64,000 nucleotides of DNA, taken from positions 40,548,001-40,612,000 of the forward strand of contig CM022670.1 of assembly GCA_012295275.1 (NCBI GenBank). Direction: 5' to 3'. This document shows, piece by piece, positions 29,101 through 41,781 of the stretch (position 1 is the stretch's first letter; each line of letters begins with the position of its first letter). The position numbers were made by a program, and so were the translations under genes. Origin of the DNA: Chrysomallon squamiferum. Taxonomy: Eukaryota > Animalia > Mollusca. The notes under the pieces were generated by a model. The model had not been told where the DNA came from, searched no databases, and saw only the letters and a list, made by a program, of their open reading frames with translations.

Positions 29101-29979
29101 ATTTCATCTAAAGTGTACAAAAGTGTTAGTAGTGTTAGTAATAGAAACAAAAACAATTAGGAAGAAAGGCAAGACACTTTTGGTAAAAGCTGTAAGAACA
29201 TTACGAACTTCCAAAAAATCGGTCAACATAGAGATCGTTGAAGAACTTTATTAACTATTAACTACGCAGTCTAAAATGCTGTCATGTAATCTTCAAAACA
29301 TTACCAGTTGGTTTCTATGTTTTGACGAACTCGGGTCGATGGGATAGTGTGAATTCAACTTCAAGACAACCTGGACAGAAAAAGCGCCCAAGAAAGGCGA
29401 AGATAAGATATATATAAGGTAATAACTATAACCCTGCTCTTAGTACTTTACGAAAATTTATTAAAACAGCAGTTTTTCTTTAAAATCATCATTAAAATAA
29501 ACTTTGTTTTTCCCGCTGATAATTGTTGACGGAAATGAATATCGGATGTTTGTAAATGACATGCGCGTTTGTAGGAGTTGATATCCTGTTCTGTTTTGAT
29601 GTGATGTGGAAGTTATTAATTGTAACAGTAGGCATAATTTACTAAGTCAGTCAGCTCTTCAAGTCAAGGTGGTGGGTCTTGAATAATTTAAATTATTGGT
29701 GGGTATCTCGTGCTAAACGAGTTATAGAGTTCTTGATTGTTCTATATCTTACACAGGAAACGAACAACATCGGCTGCTAGTCAGACTGCGATCTAGTAAA
29801 AGTAATATTAATAAAAGTCTGCATTTTATGACCTAATTGATTTTAAAACAATTTTAAATCACCCTGTATTATGCTTGTACCTTATATTTATTCCGACGAA
29901 ATTATAGATTTATTTAGTTATGCTTGTTTATTCTTGAATTTATCCGTTCTATTTTTATAGGAGACAGATTCACATCATC

Positions 29980-30576
29980 ATGTCGGCTTCAGCCATATAT
30001 CTTCTTGACGTTAAGGGCAAGGTATTTATTAAATAATAAATGTTCATATCAATATTTATTATTTTATTGCTTGAAATATGATTTAAAAGTTTAGAAATAT
30101 CATTCAAGAGATAATATTTTAATTATGAGGTAATGTCAACATAATTACTAAAAATTATACCCCCATATTATTGTAACAATCAGCTGTCTTATTTGTTTCT
30201 AAATGTCTAAATCAACTAAATAGTAATAAATAATTAAAAAGAAAACACTTGTTATATTAAACAACCAGTTACTTATGTAGATGTATTTTTTAATATATTT
30301 AATCAGGTCCTTATCAGTCGTAACTATCGAGGTGACATTGACATGTCAGTGATTGACAAGTTTATGACGCTGGTGATGGACAGGGAAGAAGAAGGCAATG
30401 TTTCTCCTATCATTCAACACGACACCATTGCCTATATTTTCATCAAATACAACAATCTCTATTTAGTGGCAATCTCAAAGAAGAACTCCAATGTTGCTCT
30501 TATGTTTTCCTTTCTTCACAAATTAGTACAGGTATTTCTTTAGTAATTGCACAGAATTGTGTTATTGTATTTTAAA

Positions 30577-30618
<42 letters not shown>

Positions 30619-33600
30619 GAGTGTGGCATATAATATGTGTGTGCATATACATGTGTATAGTATATATATTCTTTTCTTTATTTTTGAAATATTGCAATGT
30701 GTATAGTCAATAAATTTAAATTAATCATTTTGAATTGAGCATATTAGCAAATCATTTTTTAATTATTTTATTAATATGAAATGTTATTGTGAGAAGGTAA
30801 ATTTATGTACATTAAAACCCCTAAATATCTGACTTAGTTATTGTTTTACGTTTCGAAAACACCTTATGGAGATGAAGATTTTTCTTTCTTCTGTTCTAGG
30901 ATTAATAACAGTTCATAAATAATGTCATGGGGACATTTAAAAATTTCATTTTTTTTCTTCTGTTTTACTATTATTAATAAAAATAACAGTTCATACTAAT
31001 AATGTCACAGGGGACATTTAAAAAAATTATTACTGATATTTTTTTTCAGAATACACATTTACTATTATTAAATCTTTAAAAATACTATAGCATATTCAGT
31101 ATCAATATTTTTTGTTTTGTTTTTTTGTTGTTGTTTTTTTTTTGAGCCAGAATACAAAATCTGATTGATATAATGAATGTATATTATACTGACTGTATTT
31201 TAAAAAAAATTGAAATATGTAAGACACATTCATATCAAAAAAATATATTTCAGAAGGTGGATTTTATTTATTTTGTTATTATTATATTTTATTTATTTTG
31301 TTATTATTTTTTTTTTTTTTTTTTTTTTTTTTTTCTGTTCTTTATTTATTTTTCTTTGTCTCATCAATTTATTTTGATTTTCAGATATTTGTGGAATATT
31401 TTAAAGAACTGGAAGAAGAGAGTATCAGAGATAACTTTGTAGTGATTTATGAATTGCTTGATGAAGTGATGGATTTTGGTTATCCACAAACTACAGACCA
31501 CAAAATTTTACAAGAGTAAATATAAATTTGTTATTCATCACCCTTCATCACTTTCCTATCCAGTTTTTGCCATACATCATTAATTATAATACTGACTGAG
31601 AGTGAGATGGTTAACATTTGAAATTAAAAGATAATTATAAATAGCTTATTTGCTAGAATCGTGTAAGGATCTCGACCATTTTTATTTAAATACATTTATT
31701 GTCATGGATTTCTCTTTTTGAATTTAGATACATCACTCAAGAGGGACACAAACTGGAAGTTGCACCTCGTCCTCCTATGGCTGTTACGAATGCAGTGTCT
31801 TGGAGATCTGACGGCATAAAATATCGCAAGAATGAAGTGTTTCTTGACGTAATTGAATCAGTAAATTTAATGGTGAATTTTGTTTTTACACATTTATTTT
31901 ATTTATGTAAACTTAGTAAAGTTAAATAAAAGAAAAATTTAATAAAAGGTTATTTGATGATACCCTTGCACATATTATTATACATCAGTTCTGTGATTTT
32001 ATATTAATATAAGAGAGAAATATGCTGCTGCAACACTGTGAACTAATATTGTAACTTATTACTAGCAAATAATTTGTTATCTGCTTTCTCTGTATAGAGG
32101 TAAACTGACATAGAGGCAGGGGAAAAATTCAAAATTTCTACATTTTTATTGAAAATATTTTGAGTTTTTGTTCAGAACTAAGCTACATTTTTATTTACAG
32201 CAGGCAAACACAAGACTCTTATTTCCATCATTTTCTGCATAGCCTTGAAGTTGACTAATTCATTAACTGACTGGCTGAGTATCTGTATATGTGTTAATTT
32301 TATATCATATATACTGCATTATAATTTATAAGTTTTGTTATTATTATTTGTCATAACAGGGTTAATATTTTTCTTCTATTAGGTTAGTGCTAATGGAAAT
32401 GTACTGAGGAGTGAAATTGTTGGATCTGTTAAAATGAGAGTTTTCTTGTCAGGAATGCCAGAATTGAGACTGGGACTTAATGATAAAGTTTTGTTTGAAA
32501 GTACTGGAAGTAAGTATCATTTTTCAAGACTGAGTCAAATAATTCACTGTAGGTTGTGGTCAGGGAAAAAATTATTTTGCGTCTGTAGAGAGGCTAAAAC
32601 AAATGGTATAATACTTGAAACACTGTAAAATCTTGGTTAATAGCATAAAACACAAGTTAACAGAAAATTATTATAAGTTACTTAACATGGGAAAAAAACC
32701 CTGTAAATTATTTATTTATTTGTGTTCTTTTATTTAATTCAGATAATGTTTAAATTCTGTGAAATACTTGTATGTTGACTCTTAATGCATTTTTTGATTT
32801 TGTGTTGATTATTCTGCTATAACACATATTAATAGTCCAATTAATATTACATTGAAATTTTAAAATTTTGTTTGTTTTTGGGTTTTTTTCATTTTTTTCC
32901 TTCATAAGATTTTTATTTGGTGCAGTGTTAGCACATTTTTTAAATTTGTACTTTACTATTATTTGTTGTTCAGAATTTTGTGCTGTCATGTAACATTCAC
33001 TGCTATTTATTCTGTGCTGGGTTTTTTTCAGGAGGAAAAAGTAAATCAGTAGAACTGGAGGATGTCAAATTTCATCAGTGTGTTCGTTTGTCACGATTTG
33101 AAAATGACCGCACTATTTCATTTATCCCACCTGATGGAGAGTTTGAACTGATGTCATACAGACTAAATACTCACGTTAGTACATACTGTACAACTAAAAT
33201 GTATAGTGATTCAGAAAAGTTTGTTGTAAAATGAAATACTGTATCAATATATATTTCATTGTGTAAGTTATCCATACAGATATTTAAACCTTTTTCTTGT
33301 TTTCATGTTTAATAGTCTCATACACAGATCTTTAATACATGAATTTATGTGACACAGTTCATTACAGTGCTATTTGAATTGATTTGAACTTTAAATTGTT
33401 TTATAAAAATAACATCTAAAACTCCAGGTATATTTAAATCTGTGTATCACATTGTGAAAACCTCAGTGGTTGTGTCCATACATTTCAGGTAAAGCCTCTG
33501 ATCTGGGTGGAATCTGTTATAGAGAGACATGCACACAGCAGGGTGGAATACATGATCAAGGTATTCATAGTATTTAGCATTTGTTTTGTTTCAAAAGTGT

Positions 33601-35073
33601 ACCTGATTTGAGAATGTTCATACCATGTGCTAGGAATGTGAATTATTTATTGTTTTAATGTTAGAATTAAATTGTCCTAATTTTTTCACTCCATATTTTG
33701 TTCAGTTCTGAGCACAAATTAGTTAGAACTGTATCTTATAGAATGAATAAACGTTGTTACTAATACTAATCAATTTTAATATCTTAGTTGATAGTGGATA
33801 ATTAACAGAATAGTTTTGGATATTATTTGCACATTCATCCTGTTATTTCTGTTCATATGATGAACAACTTATTTGTATTTCAGGCCTTTTCTTCAAAACT
33901 AACATTTAAAATGTTCAGAATCGTTTGTATTATTATTTGTACAGGCAAAGAGTCAGTTCAAACGCAGGTCGACGGCTAACAATGTGGAGATAATCATTCC
34001 AGTGCCTGCAGATGCAGATTCTCCCAAGTTCAAGACTTCTGTTGGAAGTTGTCGTTACTCTCCTGAGGTCAGCAGTGTGATTTGGAGCATCAAATCTTTT
34101 CCAGTGAGTTGACAATGACAGCTGTCTTGTTTCATGAGTAAATCTTTAATATACAAAACAGGCTGCAATAAATGAAATTGGTTACAGTGAATATTTTTTT
34201 TTTATGAATAAATTGTAACATTTTATTGTTTTACTTATTAGTCGGGAGAGAAACAAATTAAAAAAATACCTTGGTATATACAAAATGTATTTAGACCTTT
34301 TCAGTGGATTCTCTTTAGTTTCAGACTTTCATTAATATCTATTTGGATTGTAAACAATTACATAATCCCACATTTTAATTGTGTGAGATAATCTAAGATC
34401 GTTGGAGCATTTTATAACAGTACTTGATCTAGATAGAAATAAAATTTATTAATGAGTCTGTTTCATACCATATCAACATAGCTATTGTATTATGAAAATT
34501 CATCCCACAATGATGTTTAATTACAGGGAGGAAAGGAATATTTGATGAGAGCCCATTTTGGTCTGCCCAGTGTGATGAGTGAGGATCTTGAAGGACGTCC
34601 ACCGATTCAAGTCAAATTTGAAATCCCATATTTCACTGTATCTGGAATACAGGTTGGTATTTTACAATGTGCCCAACTATTTCAAATTTCTCATTCAGAC
34701 CATTCAACAAATCTCATGACACTGAACCATACTGCGGCATTGAATTGAGAAGCTAAGAATGAACGTATAGACAGGAGTGTGCCTCTCATATGACAACAGT
34801 ACAAATGAATACTGTAGCAGTTTGTGCCAAGACAAAATTTTAAAATTTTCATTTAAATTTCATTTGAAATAAATTTATAAAATATTGCAGCCAGTTACCT
34901 TGTTACTTTAATTCTCTTTATGTAATACAGCTATTTAAAATCTTATGTGCTGTTATTTATTTTTATTTTTTCAGGTTCGCTATCTGAAGATTATTGAAAA
35001 GAGTGGATACCAAGCCTTGCCGTGGGTGAGATACATCACCCAGAATGGAGACTACCAGCTGAGAACTCAGTAG
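29980..35073 (+). CDS. AP1M1: AP-1 adaptor complex subunit mu-1, 422 aa; exons 29980-30021, 30307-30531, 31385-31515, 31728-31872, 32383-32509, 33032-33174, 33489-33560, 33945-34103, 34527-34652, 34975-35073
   Basis: All introns GT-AG with consistent phases (1269 nt). Product [24 protein letters not shown]...[26 protein letters not shown]...[11 protein letters not shown]...[15 protein letters not shown]...[24 protein letters not shown] is typical of AP-1 mu. Confidence 0.97.
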
Positions 35074-35870
35074 TATTTTATAGACAAAAAGTGCAAGAGA
35101 AAATTCAATTCCCACTGAACACAATTTCTTGTTAGTGATTAAAATGCTTATGTGTTATATGAAAGTGGATTCATCCAGTTAACTAAACTTAGAGTCAAGT
35201 GTGTCATTAAATAAAAGGGCATTCGTGCATTTTCAGTTTTTTTTTTAGCATCAAAGTTTATTCTGATCTTGTGTTTCATTAATTTATTTTTAGCATCAAA
35301 GTTGTTCGTCTTGGTCAGCTCCAAGTTTATTTCCATAGTAATTTCCACCCTTGCAATAATATATATTTATTTTATATAAAAAGAAATGTTGATGGGATGG
35401 ATTGTAAGTTAAAAACAAGATTCTGAGAAAGTGAAAAGGTTTCGTGGGTTGTTACAATCTGGTGTCTGAACAATTAGAGATTTATTTTTATCAGTATTTC
35501 AATTACTGTATACTGTTTATTGTATATGTGTATTTAACTGAATGCATTTCAGAAATGTTAGTTCTGTAATTATTAAAAACAATGATCAAACTCAACAATA
35601 CAGTAAAGATTTTAATTGTCTTATACAAATGTATCCCTTAAATCTAACCACATTCCAAACCAAGTATATTTTGTTGTTATCATTGTTGAATGGATAAACT
35701 TAAATGTACAAGTCAATTACATTTCAGATATAACACAATATTGTCCTTGAATATAAATATATATATATATATATATGCAGATTATGTCAAGAATTTCTTT
35801 ATGTTGTATTTCATAAACAGTTTAAGCATTAAATGAATGTGCTTTTAACTGCTTTTAATGTGTTTGTTGT

Positions 35871-35905
<35 letters not shown>

Positions 35906-36950
35906 CCCATCAAGATACATGACAATATTTTATTTCTTACTTTTTTGGTGAAATGAAAAGGTTGTGGGCATATTGTAAAAACACATATAATAAAAAAAAA
36001 AAAAAAAAGCATTGAGTAAATTGATCCATCCTGCATAATGATGTCATGACAAGAAAAAAGTTGGAGTGTGGGTATTTTGTTTTTAAATAAGATTGGATGG
36101 CAAAAAATAATACATAAAATTTGAAAAACAGCTTTGATCTATGCAGAATATAATTAGGCCCTTTCTTCATATCACCAAAGGTACACATTCAGAAAAAATT
36201 TATTCTTACATTTTGTGTGTGTTAGTCAGCACTGCACTATTTTATATTTCACAATTTAAATTGGTTATGCAATTTATAAAAACCGAAACAATGTATATCT
36301 ACTTACAGATTTTATTAAACTAATCATTCAATGTACATTGTACACGATCTTCTGTAAATTCTTCATTAATGATACTTTAAATGGTTATTTCATATAAAAA
36401 AAACCTCCAAAAAATGCACAGCCACATTGTGATTAAAAAATACCAATTTCTAGGTAAAAATAATTAACTGTTTCATTATAGCAGGATGGCTTTATTTGGA
36501 TATACATGATGAATGCTATTAAAACTGAGATTGGCTTTTCTCAAATACTTGTAACAGTTCACTGTAAGAAGATATTTCAGTCTGATTAAATGTTTGTTAT
36601 TTCTGTGACAACACTGTTATGGGAGTAGCACAATGAACTAAAATGAAACTTGTTTAATATTTTAAAAAACAAATCATATATATGTATACATCTGAAATCC
36701 ATTTTAAAATATGTGTTAAATTAAAGATTTGTTATTTGGGTTTTGTGACTATAATTCTAACATACACAATTTATAACCATCAGTAAAAACACAAAAATGT
36801 ACACCTTATCCATACATATAGCACTTTCTGAATTTAAAATATTTTAAAAATTATTATTATATTTTAAATTATTATTTTATTTATTTATCTGTTGTTGTTG
36901 TTTTTTTTGTTTTTTTTTTTTTTGTTTAAGTTATATATTAAATTATATAT

Positions 36951-39900
36951 TTAATTTTCATTATTACTTGATGAAGTACAAGTATCATTTGTAGTTGAAT
37001 CTCTTGAAGAGTCTTCTGATTCAGTTTTATCATTATCACCCGTTTCAGTTTCTGAAACCATTTTAATGCTACTGGGACAATCCTTAGAATCGTTTTTCTC
37101 ACATTTAGTCTCACAGACATTGTTCTGTGTATCGTCTAAACTAGTCATTTTTGTAGGATCATTATCACTGCTATTGTTAACAGTTTCAGTGTCCTTGAAT
37201 AAAGTTTCCCAAGGATTACAAATATCCTGATTGTTTTTATTCACTTCAGAAACAGAGTTTTTCTCGGGGACACTACACCTCTGGGTATCAGAAACGTGAT
37301 ACTGGTAGTTTTCACAATCTGAAGTCTGAGTGGAGCAACCATCATCAGCTACAGACTGAGCCTGACATTTACCTTCAACTGAAGATACATGTTCAGTGTC
37401 AGACGAGTCATTTGTTACACATACCTCCTGACTTCCACTCGACATTTGCAGCAAAGCAGTAGATTCAGGTATGAGTAACTTTGTACATTCACTGGAGTTC
37501 TTAAGTTCAGAGCTAGCACTGGCTGATCCAGTACAAGGCTGTGAAGTAGGTGAGGTAGATGCCGATTCATCATTTGAACTTTTCAGTGATGATTTCATTA
37601 TTTCATATTCTCTCTGAGCATTTGGAATCGCGTAAGAAAAGATATCACCAGACATTTCAGATGTAGTCTGTGAATCTGAACATTCACTAATGGAATGCTG
37701 ATTTAAAGTTTCATTGGGAGCTGCATTAACGACTGGCTCATCTTTCCATTTAATGGAACTCAAATCAAGTGCTTCAGTTGTCATGATGCTAGTTTTAGTG
37801 GAAGACACTATCACATCTGTTTTGCCATTTTCTGCCGGTCCCTGATTTTTAGTCAATTGTGAATCAAAACATTTGGTCTGAAAAGGTTTCTCTGTACAGT
37901 TCCTTTCGTACTCCACAGACAAATCCAGAGGTTTTTCCTCTGATGTAACTTCAAGATTATCAGTTGATCTGTGCCTGGAAGGAAGCACAGCAAAACGATC
38001 TATTCTTGATAATAAACCAAATGGTCTGGTTAATGCATTTTGATCAAAATTATTTACATTATTATTTAATATTTCTACCTTCTGATCATCTTTTTCAGAC
38101 GTTTTTGAACAGTCATCTGTCTGCTGTAGATTTGTTATTTCTTGGCTTACTGCTGGATTTGAACTCAAATTAACAGAATTTTTTCTTGAGAAATCAATAG
38201 CTTTGATCTCTTCGTTGCTATCACTGTTCACTTCAATCTCTCCATCAGACTCTATGTTGCAGGGCAGGTCACTTCTGCTGCCTGGCATAGCAGCATTCTG
38301 ACAGCTGTCTTGTATTATTGGTGAGATTTTGTCTAAAATACTTCTAAAGGTATTTACATAAGAAAAATTATTATTAAATGATATTATCGGCTCTGAGTGA
38401 CTGTCTGCAGGTACCTCAGAAGAGGACGAGACGCAGACTGTGCTGTCGCTGCTAGAGCTATCAATGGTAAGAGGTTCTGCTGCTGAAGACATGACGTGAG
38501 ATGTCTGTCCCTGCTGTTCGGCATTATTGTAAAAAGAGTCCAGCCAGAATGATGTTCCTGGAAAAAGACTGCTTTCATTTCTTGAATCGGGCATAGTGGT
38601 GCTGCTAACAGCAGTCACGTCTTCAGAAGAATTTAAATCTCTCTGAATGAAAATAGGCATTACTGTATCACTGGTGAAACTTGATCCTACATCAGGTGTG
38701 CAAGTGCTATTTTCTCCTTGACTTGGTTCTGAAATATTCTGTCCTTTTCTTACCACAAATGATGTCATTCCTGATTCAGACGAAGAAGAAAAATCAGACC
38801 CAGATGAACTGCGACTTACTGATTCTTGAAAAAGCAGGTTCCTTGTCTCACTGTCATCTGTGACATCAGCCTGAGAAATGCTGTTGCCTGCTGCATCCAA
38901 ATATGACTCTTTGGTACTAGCTGATTCATTTGCTGAATCTTGTTTGGAATTTCCGATATAGAAGTCACTCCTTTCACTTTCCACGGAATCACTGGTTTTT
39001 ATGGCAGTAAAGTTTCTAGAAGCAACATTGTGGTCTTCTGTTTCATTTTTCTTAGATTTTTTATGACCAGATGGATGTTTTTTATATTTACTGGTCTGAT
39101 ATGAAAATGAAATGCTATCATCAGATACATCTGAATAGATGATTTTATTTGCTGAGGTAGTAGCTATTTTCTCATGCTCTTTACTTTTACTCTTATGTGA
39201 TTCTTTTGACAGATCTTTATTCCTTTTCCTGTGAGATTTATGTTTTTTGTCCAAGTGGCTTTTATGTTTAGATTCGTGTTTTCTGTGTTTTTTATGTTTT
39301 TCCAAATTATCTTTCTTTCTGTGTACTGTCAGATCCCTGCTTTTTGATTCACTAGAGCGTGATTTGTGTTTTTTTGTTTGGTGTTCAGTTCTTTTTCGTT
39401 TTGGTGATCTGGAGTATGATCTGCTAACAGATCTATCCCAATAATCCCTGTAATGGTAAGATCGCTTATGCCTCATTGAATGTCTAGAACTTCTTGAAGT
39501 CATGCTATCTGATCTTCTGTGTTCTCTGTTATCAATCAGATCATCTGCAGAATCTGATTCTCTTGATCTATGATAATGCCTGTGTCTCTTGTGTGAAGAT
39601 GATGATCTTGAAAACTTCTTGTGATAATATTTCGAAGGCGACAAAGATCTTGAGTGTTGTCTCTTGTGATGGCTATAGATATACTGTAGCCTGCTTCTGG
39701 AATATGATGAGATACTGCTCTGTGGTTCTTCTGATGAATAGGATTCACATCTGGACCTTCTAGACCTTGGTTTTTCATTTTTGGAGGATTTTTTCTTTGG
39801 ATGTTTATCAGTTTTATATTTTACATAATTCTCTTCCTTTGGAGCCTCATCATCAGATGATATTATCAGTGGAGAGCGTTCTTGCCATGGCCTGTCAAAC

Positions 39901-41393
39901 CTAACAAAGATAACTTCATCACTATCAGAATCAGAATTAATAACCTGACTGCTACTGGACTGTTCTAACTTTACTTTAGTTTCTGGGCAGGTATTCAAAT
40001 TACTTTCTTTACTCTGTGTTTCTTGAGCAGTACTTGGGTTATCTTCAGTAGTGGACACATTGATCTCATTAGCTGTAACTGCATTACCCCAAGATGGTCC
40101 AGGTATGGGAGAATCCCATCCTGCAAGACCTGTGCTTGAAGACACTGGAGTAGAGAAAGTATTATCTTCAAGGAGATCTCTAAGATTTACTGTTCTAGGT
40201 GTCACTTCAGTTTCATACCATCGCCTTTCTGCTACTGGAGGTTCGATAGGCATCCGACGTCTGCGAACAACTGAATGTGCTCCAATCATTCCTGTTGAAG
40301 CAGATGGAGAAAGAATCATCACATCACTGTCATTAGAGCCATCAGAATCACTGTCAGACACTGACTGGGCTTCCTGTTCATAAATAACCTTGGTATCATA
40401 TATTGTCATTGAAAAAGGACATCTTGCAAACAGCTGAAACTCCTCCATGAAATGTCTGGTATATATGCCAATAAATGGGTACACATGCTGGTAAAATTCT
40501 TCACTCTGGATATCAAACCTCTTGATCAGTCCAGTGATGAGTTCAATCAGAAACTGAACATGCTGTTCATGGTTGTTCAAGAGAGCATTAAGCTCTCTGT
40601 TGAGCCAAGGAATCAGTCTGTGTATTGCAGCAGGATTAGCAGAAAAGAATGCTGGAGTGATGTCTCTCTGTCTTCCATTGGTGTCAACTATTTCCTTCAC
40701 CCTCATACAATTTCTGTAAATTCGTGACCTGAATTCCGATGTAGCAACTTGTCGTTGTCGGCGCCAGTTCTGCCTGGTAGAAACTCGACCTGTGCTTTGA
40801 AATCTCGCACCAACAGCAGCTGGATGCAGGATGTCTGCATACCGGTGAAAACTGAAAATATGTTCCTGGGTCACTGTGGTACGGTATCGAAACCTTCTAC
40901 CATTAGGGTTTTCCCACGAAGCCTGACTTTCTTGTCGTTCCAAGTGATACTGATCATAATCTTCGTATGACCGCACATTGTGTATTATACTTTTGAAAGC
41001 CTGTTTACAAAGTGGACATTCTGCTTTGATTTTTGACCATTCCATGAGACATACAAAACAGAACATATGAAAGCAGCTGTCCGTGAACGACTTATTCTCG
41101 AGTCTGCTAAGACATATGGCACAGTTAGGTTCAGGAGATTTCACTGTTGGAGGAATTTCAACCTTACTGTTCTCACTGGGCTTCTGTTGTTTAACATCAT
41201 CCGATGCTTCGTCTTTCTTTAATTCTGGTGATGGTTCTTGTTTCTCCGATTTCTTGGCTTTAGGTTCCAAATCATCAAGTGGAACAGGATGTTCCTTCCT
41301 TTTGTTTTTTGATTTCTTCAGTCGTTCACTCCGTTTTAAAGTTTCTGGTGGAAAATTACATTTATTTTGTTTTGATTCGGCCATTGTTTCCAT
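36951..41393 (-). CDS. TOPORS: E3 ubiquitin/SUMO ligase Topors, 1480 aa, single coding exon (exon begins at 41397; probable non-coding exon with donor at 43232)
   Basis: C3HC4 RING CAICLSRLENKSFTDSCFHMFCFVCLMEWSKIKAECPLCKQAFKSIIHNVRS, RFRYRTT, HRLIPWLNREL, SIM-like SDVMILS and DEVIFV..PWQERSPLIISSD, RS/His/Lys-rich domain. Confidence 0.93.
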   Translation of the reverse strand: METMAESKQNKCNFPPETLKRSERLKKSKNKRKEHPVPLDDLEPKAKKSEKQEPSPELKKDEASDDVKQQKPSENSKVEIPPTVKSPEPNCAICLSRLENKSFTDSCFHMFCFVCLMEWSKIKAECPLCKQAFKSIIHNVRSYEDYDQYHLERQESQASWENPNGRRFRYRTTVTQEHIFSFHRYADILHPAAVGARFQSTGRVSTRQNWRRQRQVATSEFRSRIYRNCMRVKEIVDTNGRQRDITPAFFSANPAAIHRLIPWLNRELNALLNNHEQHVQFLIELITGLIKRFDIQSEEFYQHVYPFIGIYTRHFMEEFQLFARCPFSMTIYDTKVIYEQEAQSVSDSDSDGSNDSDVMILSPSASTGMIGAHSVVRRRRMPIEPPVAERRWYETEVTPRTVNLRDLLEDNTFSTPVSSSTGLAGWDSPIPGPSWGNAVTANEINVSTTEDNPSTAQETQSKESNLNTCPETKVKLEQSSSSQVINSDSDSDEVIFVRFDRPWQERSPLIISSDDEAPKEENYVKYKTDKHPKKKSSKNEKPRSRRSRCESYSSEEPQSSISSYSRSRLQYIYSHHKRQHSRSLSPSKYYHKKFSRSSSSHKRHRHYHRSRESDSADDLIDNREHRRSDSMTSRSSRHSMRHKRSYHYRDYWDRSVSRSYSRSPKRKRTEHQTKKHKSRSSESKSRDLTVHRKKDNLEKHKKHRKHESKHKSHLDKKHKSHRKRNKDLSKESHKSKSKEHEKIATTSANKIIYSDVSDDSISFSYQTSKYKKHPSGHKKSKKNETEDHNVASRNFTAIKTSDSVESERSDFYIGNSKQDSANESASTKESYLDAAGNSISQADVTDDSETRNLLFQESVSRSSSGSDFSSSSESGMTSFVVRKGQNISEPSQGENSTCTPDVGSSFTSDTVMPIFIQRDLNSSEDVTAVSSTTMPDSRNESSLFPGTSFWLDSFYNNAEQQGQTSHVMSSAAEPLTIDSSSSDSTVCVSSSSEVPADSHSEPIISFNNNFSYVNTFRSILDKISPIIQDSCQNAAMPGSRSDLPCNIESDGEIEVNSDSNEEIKAIDFSRKNSVNLSSNPAVSQEITNLQQTDDCSKTSEKDDQKVEILNNNVNNFDQNALTRPFGLLSRIDRFAVLPSRHRSTDNLEVTSEEKPLDLSVEYERNCTEKPFQTKCFDSQLTKNQGPAENGKTDVIVSSTKTSIMTTEALDLSSIKWKDEPVVNAAPNETLNQHSISECSDSQTTSEMSGDIFSYAIPNAQREYEIMKSSLKSSNDESASTSPTSQPCTGSASASSELKNSSECTKLLIPESTALLQMSSGSQEVCVTNDSSDTEHVSSVEGKCQAQSVADDGCSTQTSDCENYQYHVSDTQRCSVPEKNSVSEVNKNNQDICNPWETLFKDTETVNNSSDNDPTKMTSLDDTQNNVCETKCEKNDSKDCPSSIKMVSETETGDNDKTESEDSSRDSTTNDTCTSSSNNEN

Positions 41394-41730
41394 GTACCTG
41401 CAAGAAAATAATAAATGTATTAGCTAGTTTTGATGATGAAAAGTGTTAATATATTTAAATATTTTATGAAGGAGAGGTGTGAAAATATCTGTTTATTAAA
41501 TTAGTTTTAATTCCATACATCTACTGAATGTGACCGACTATAGAATAAAAAGTACAAAGATATGTCACTTTTGTGTAAAGATGGTTTCCAGTACTGAAAT
41601 AAGTGGAAATAGTAATACTAATAAAGAAAATTGTTCAAGAGATTTATACAACAGTCATTCAGGTGATTTGTTTATGTAATCAAGTAATACATGTTACAGA
41701 TGTAAATTGTTGCTGTGTAACTAGAAAGAA

Positions 41731-41781
<51 letters not shown>

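Noticed and set aside
30906-31025. Short intronic tandem duplications (also ~35243/35287, ~49114/49149, 60032-60074)
   Set aside because: Ordinary 17-40-bp local duplications with no sign of function.
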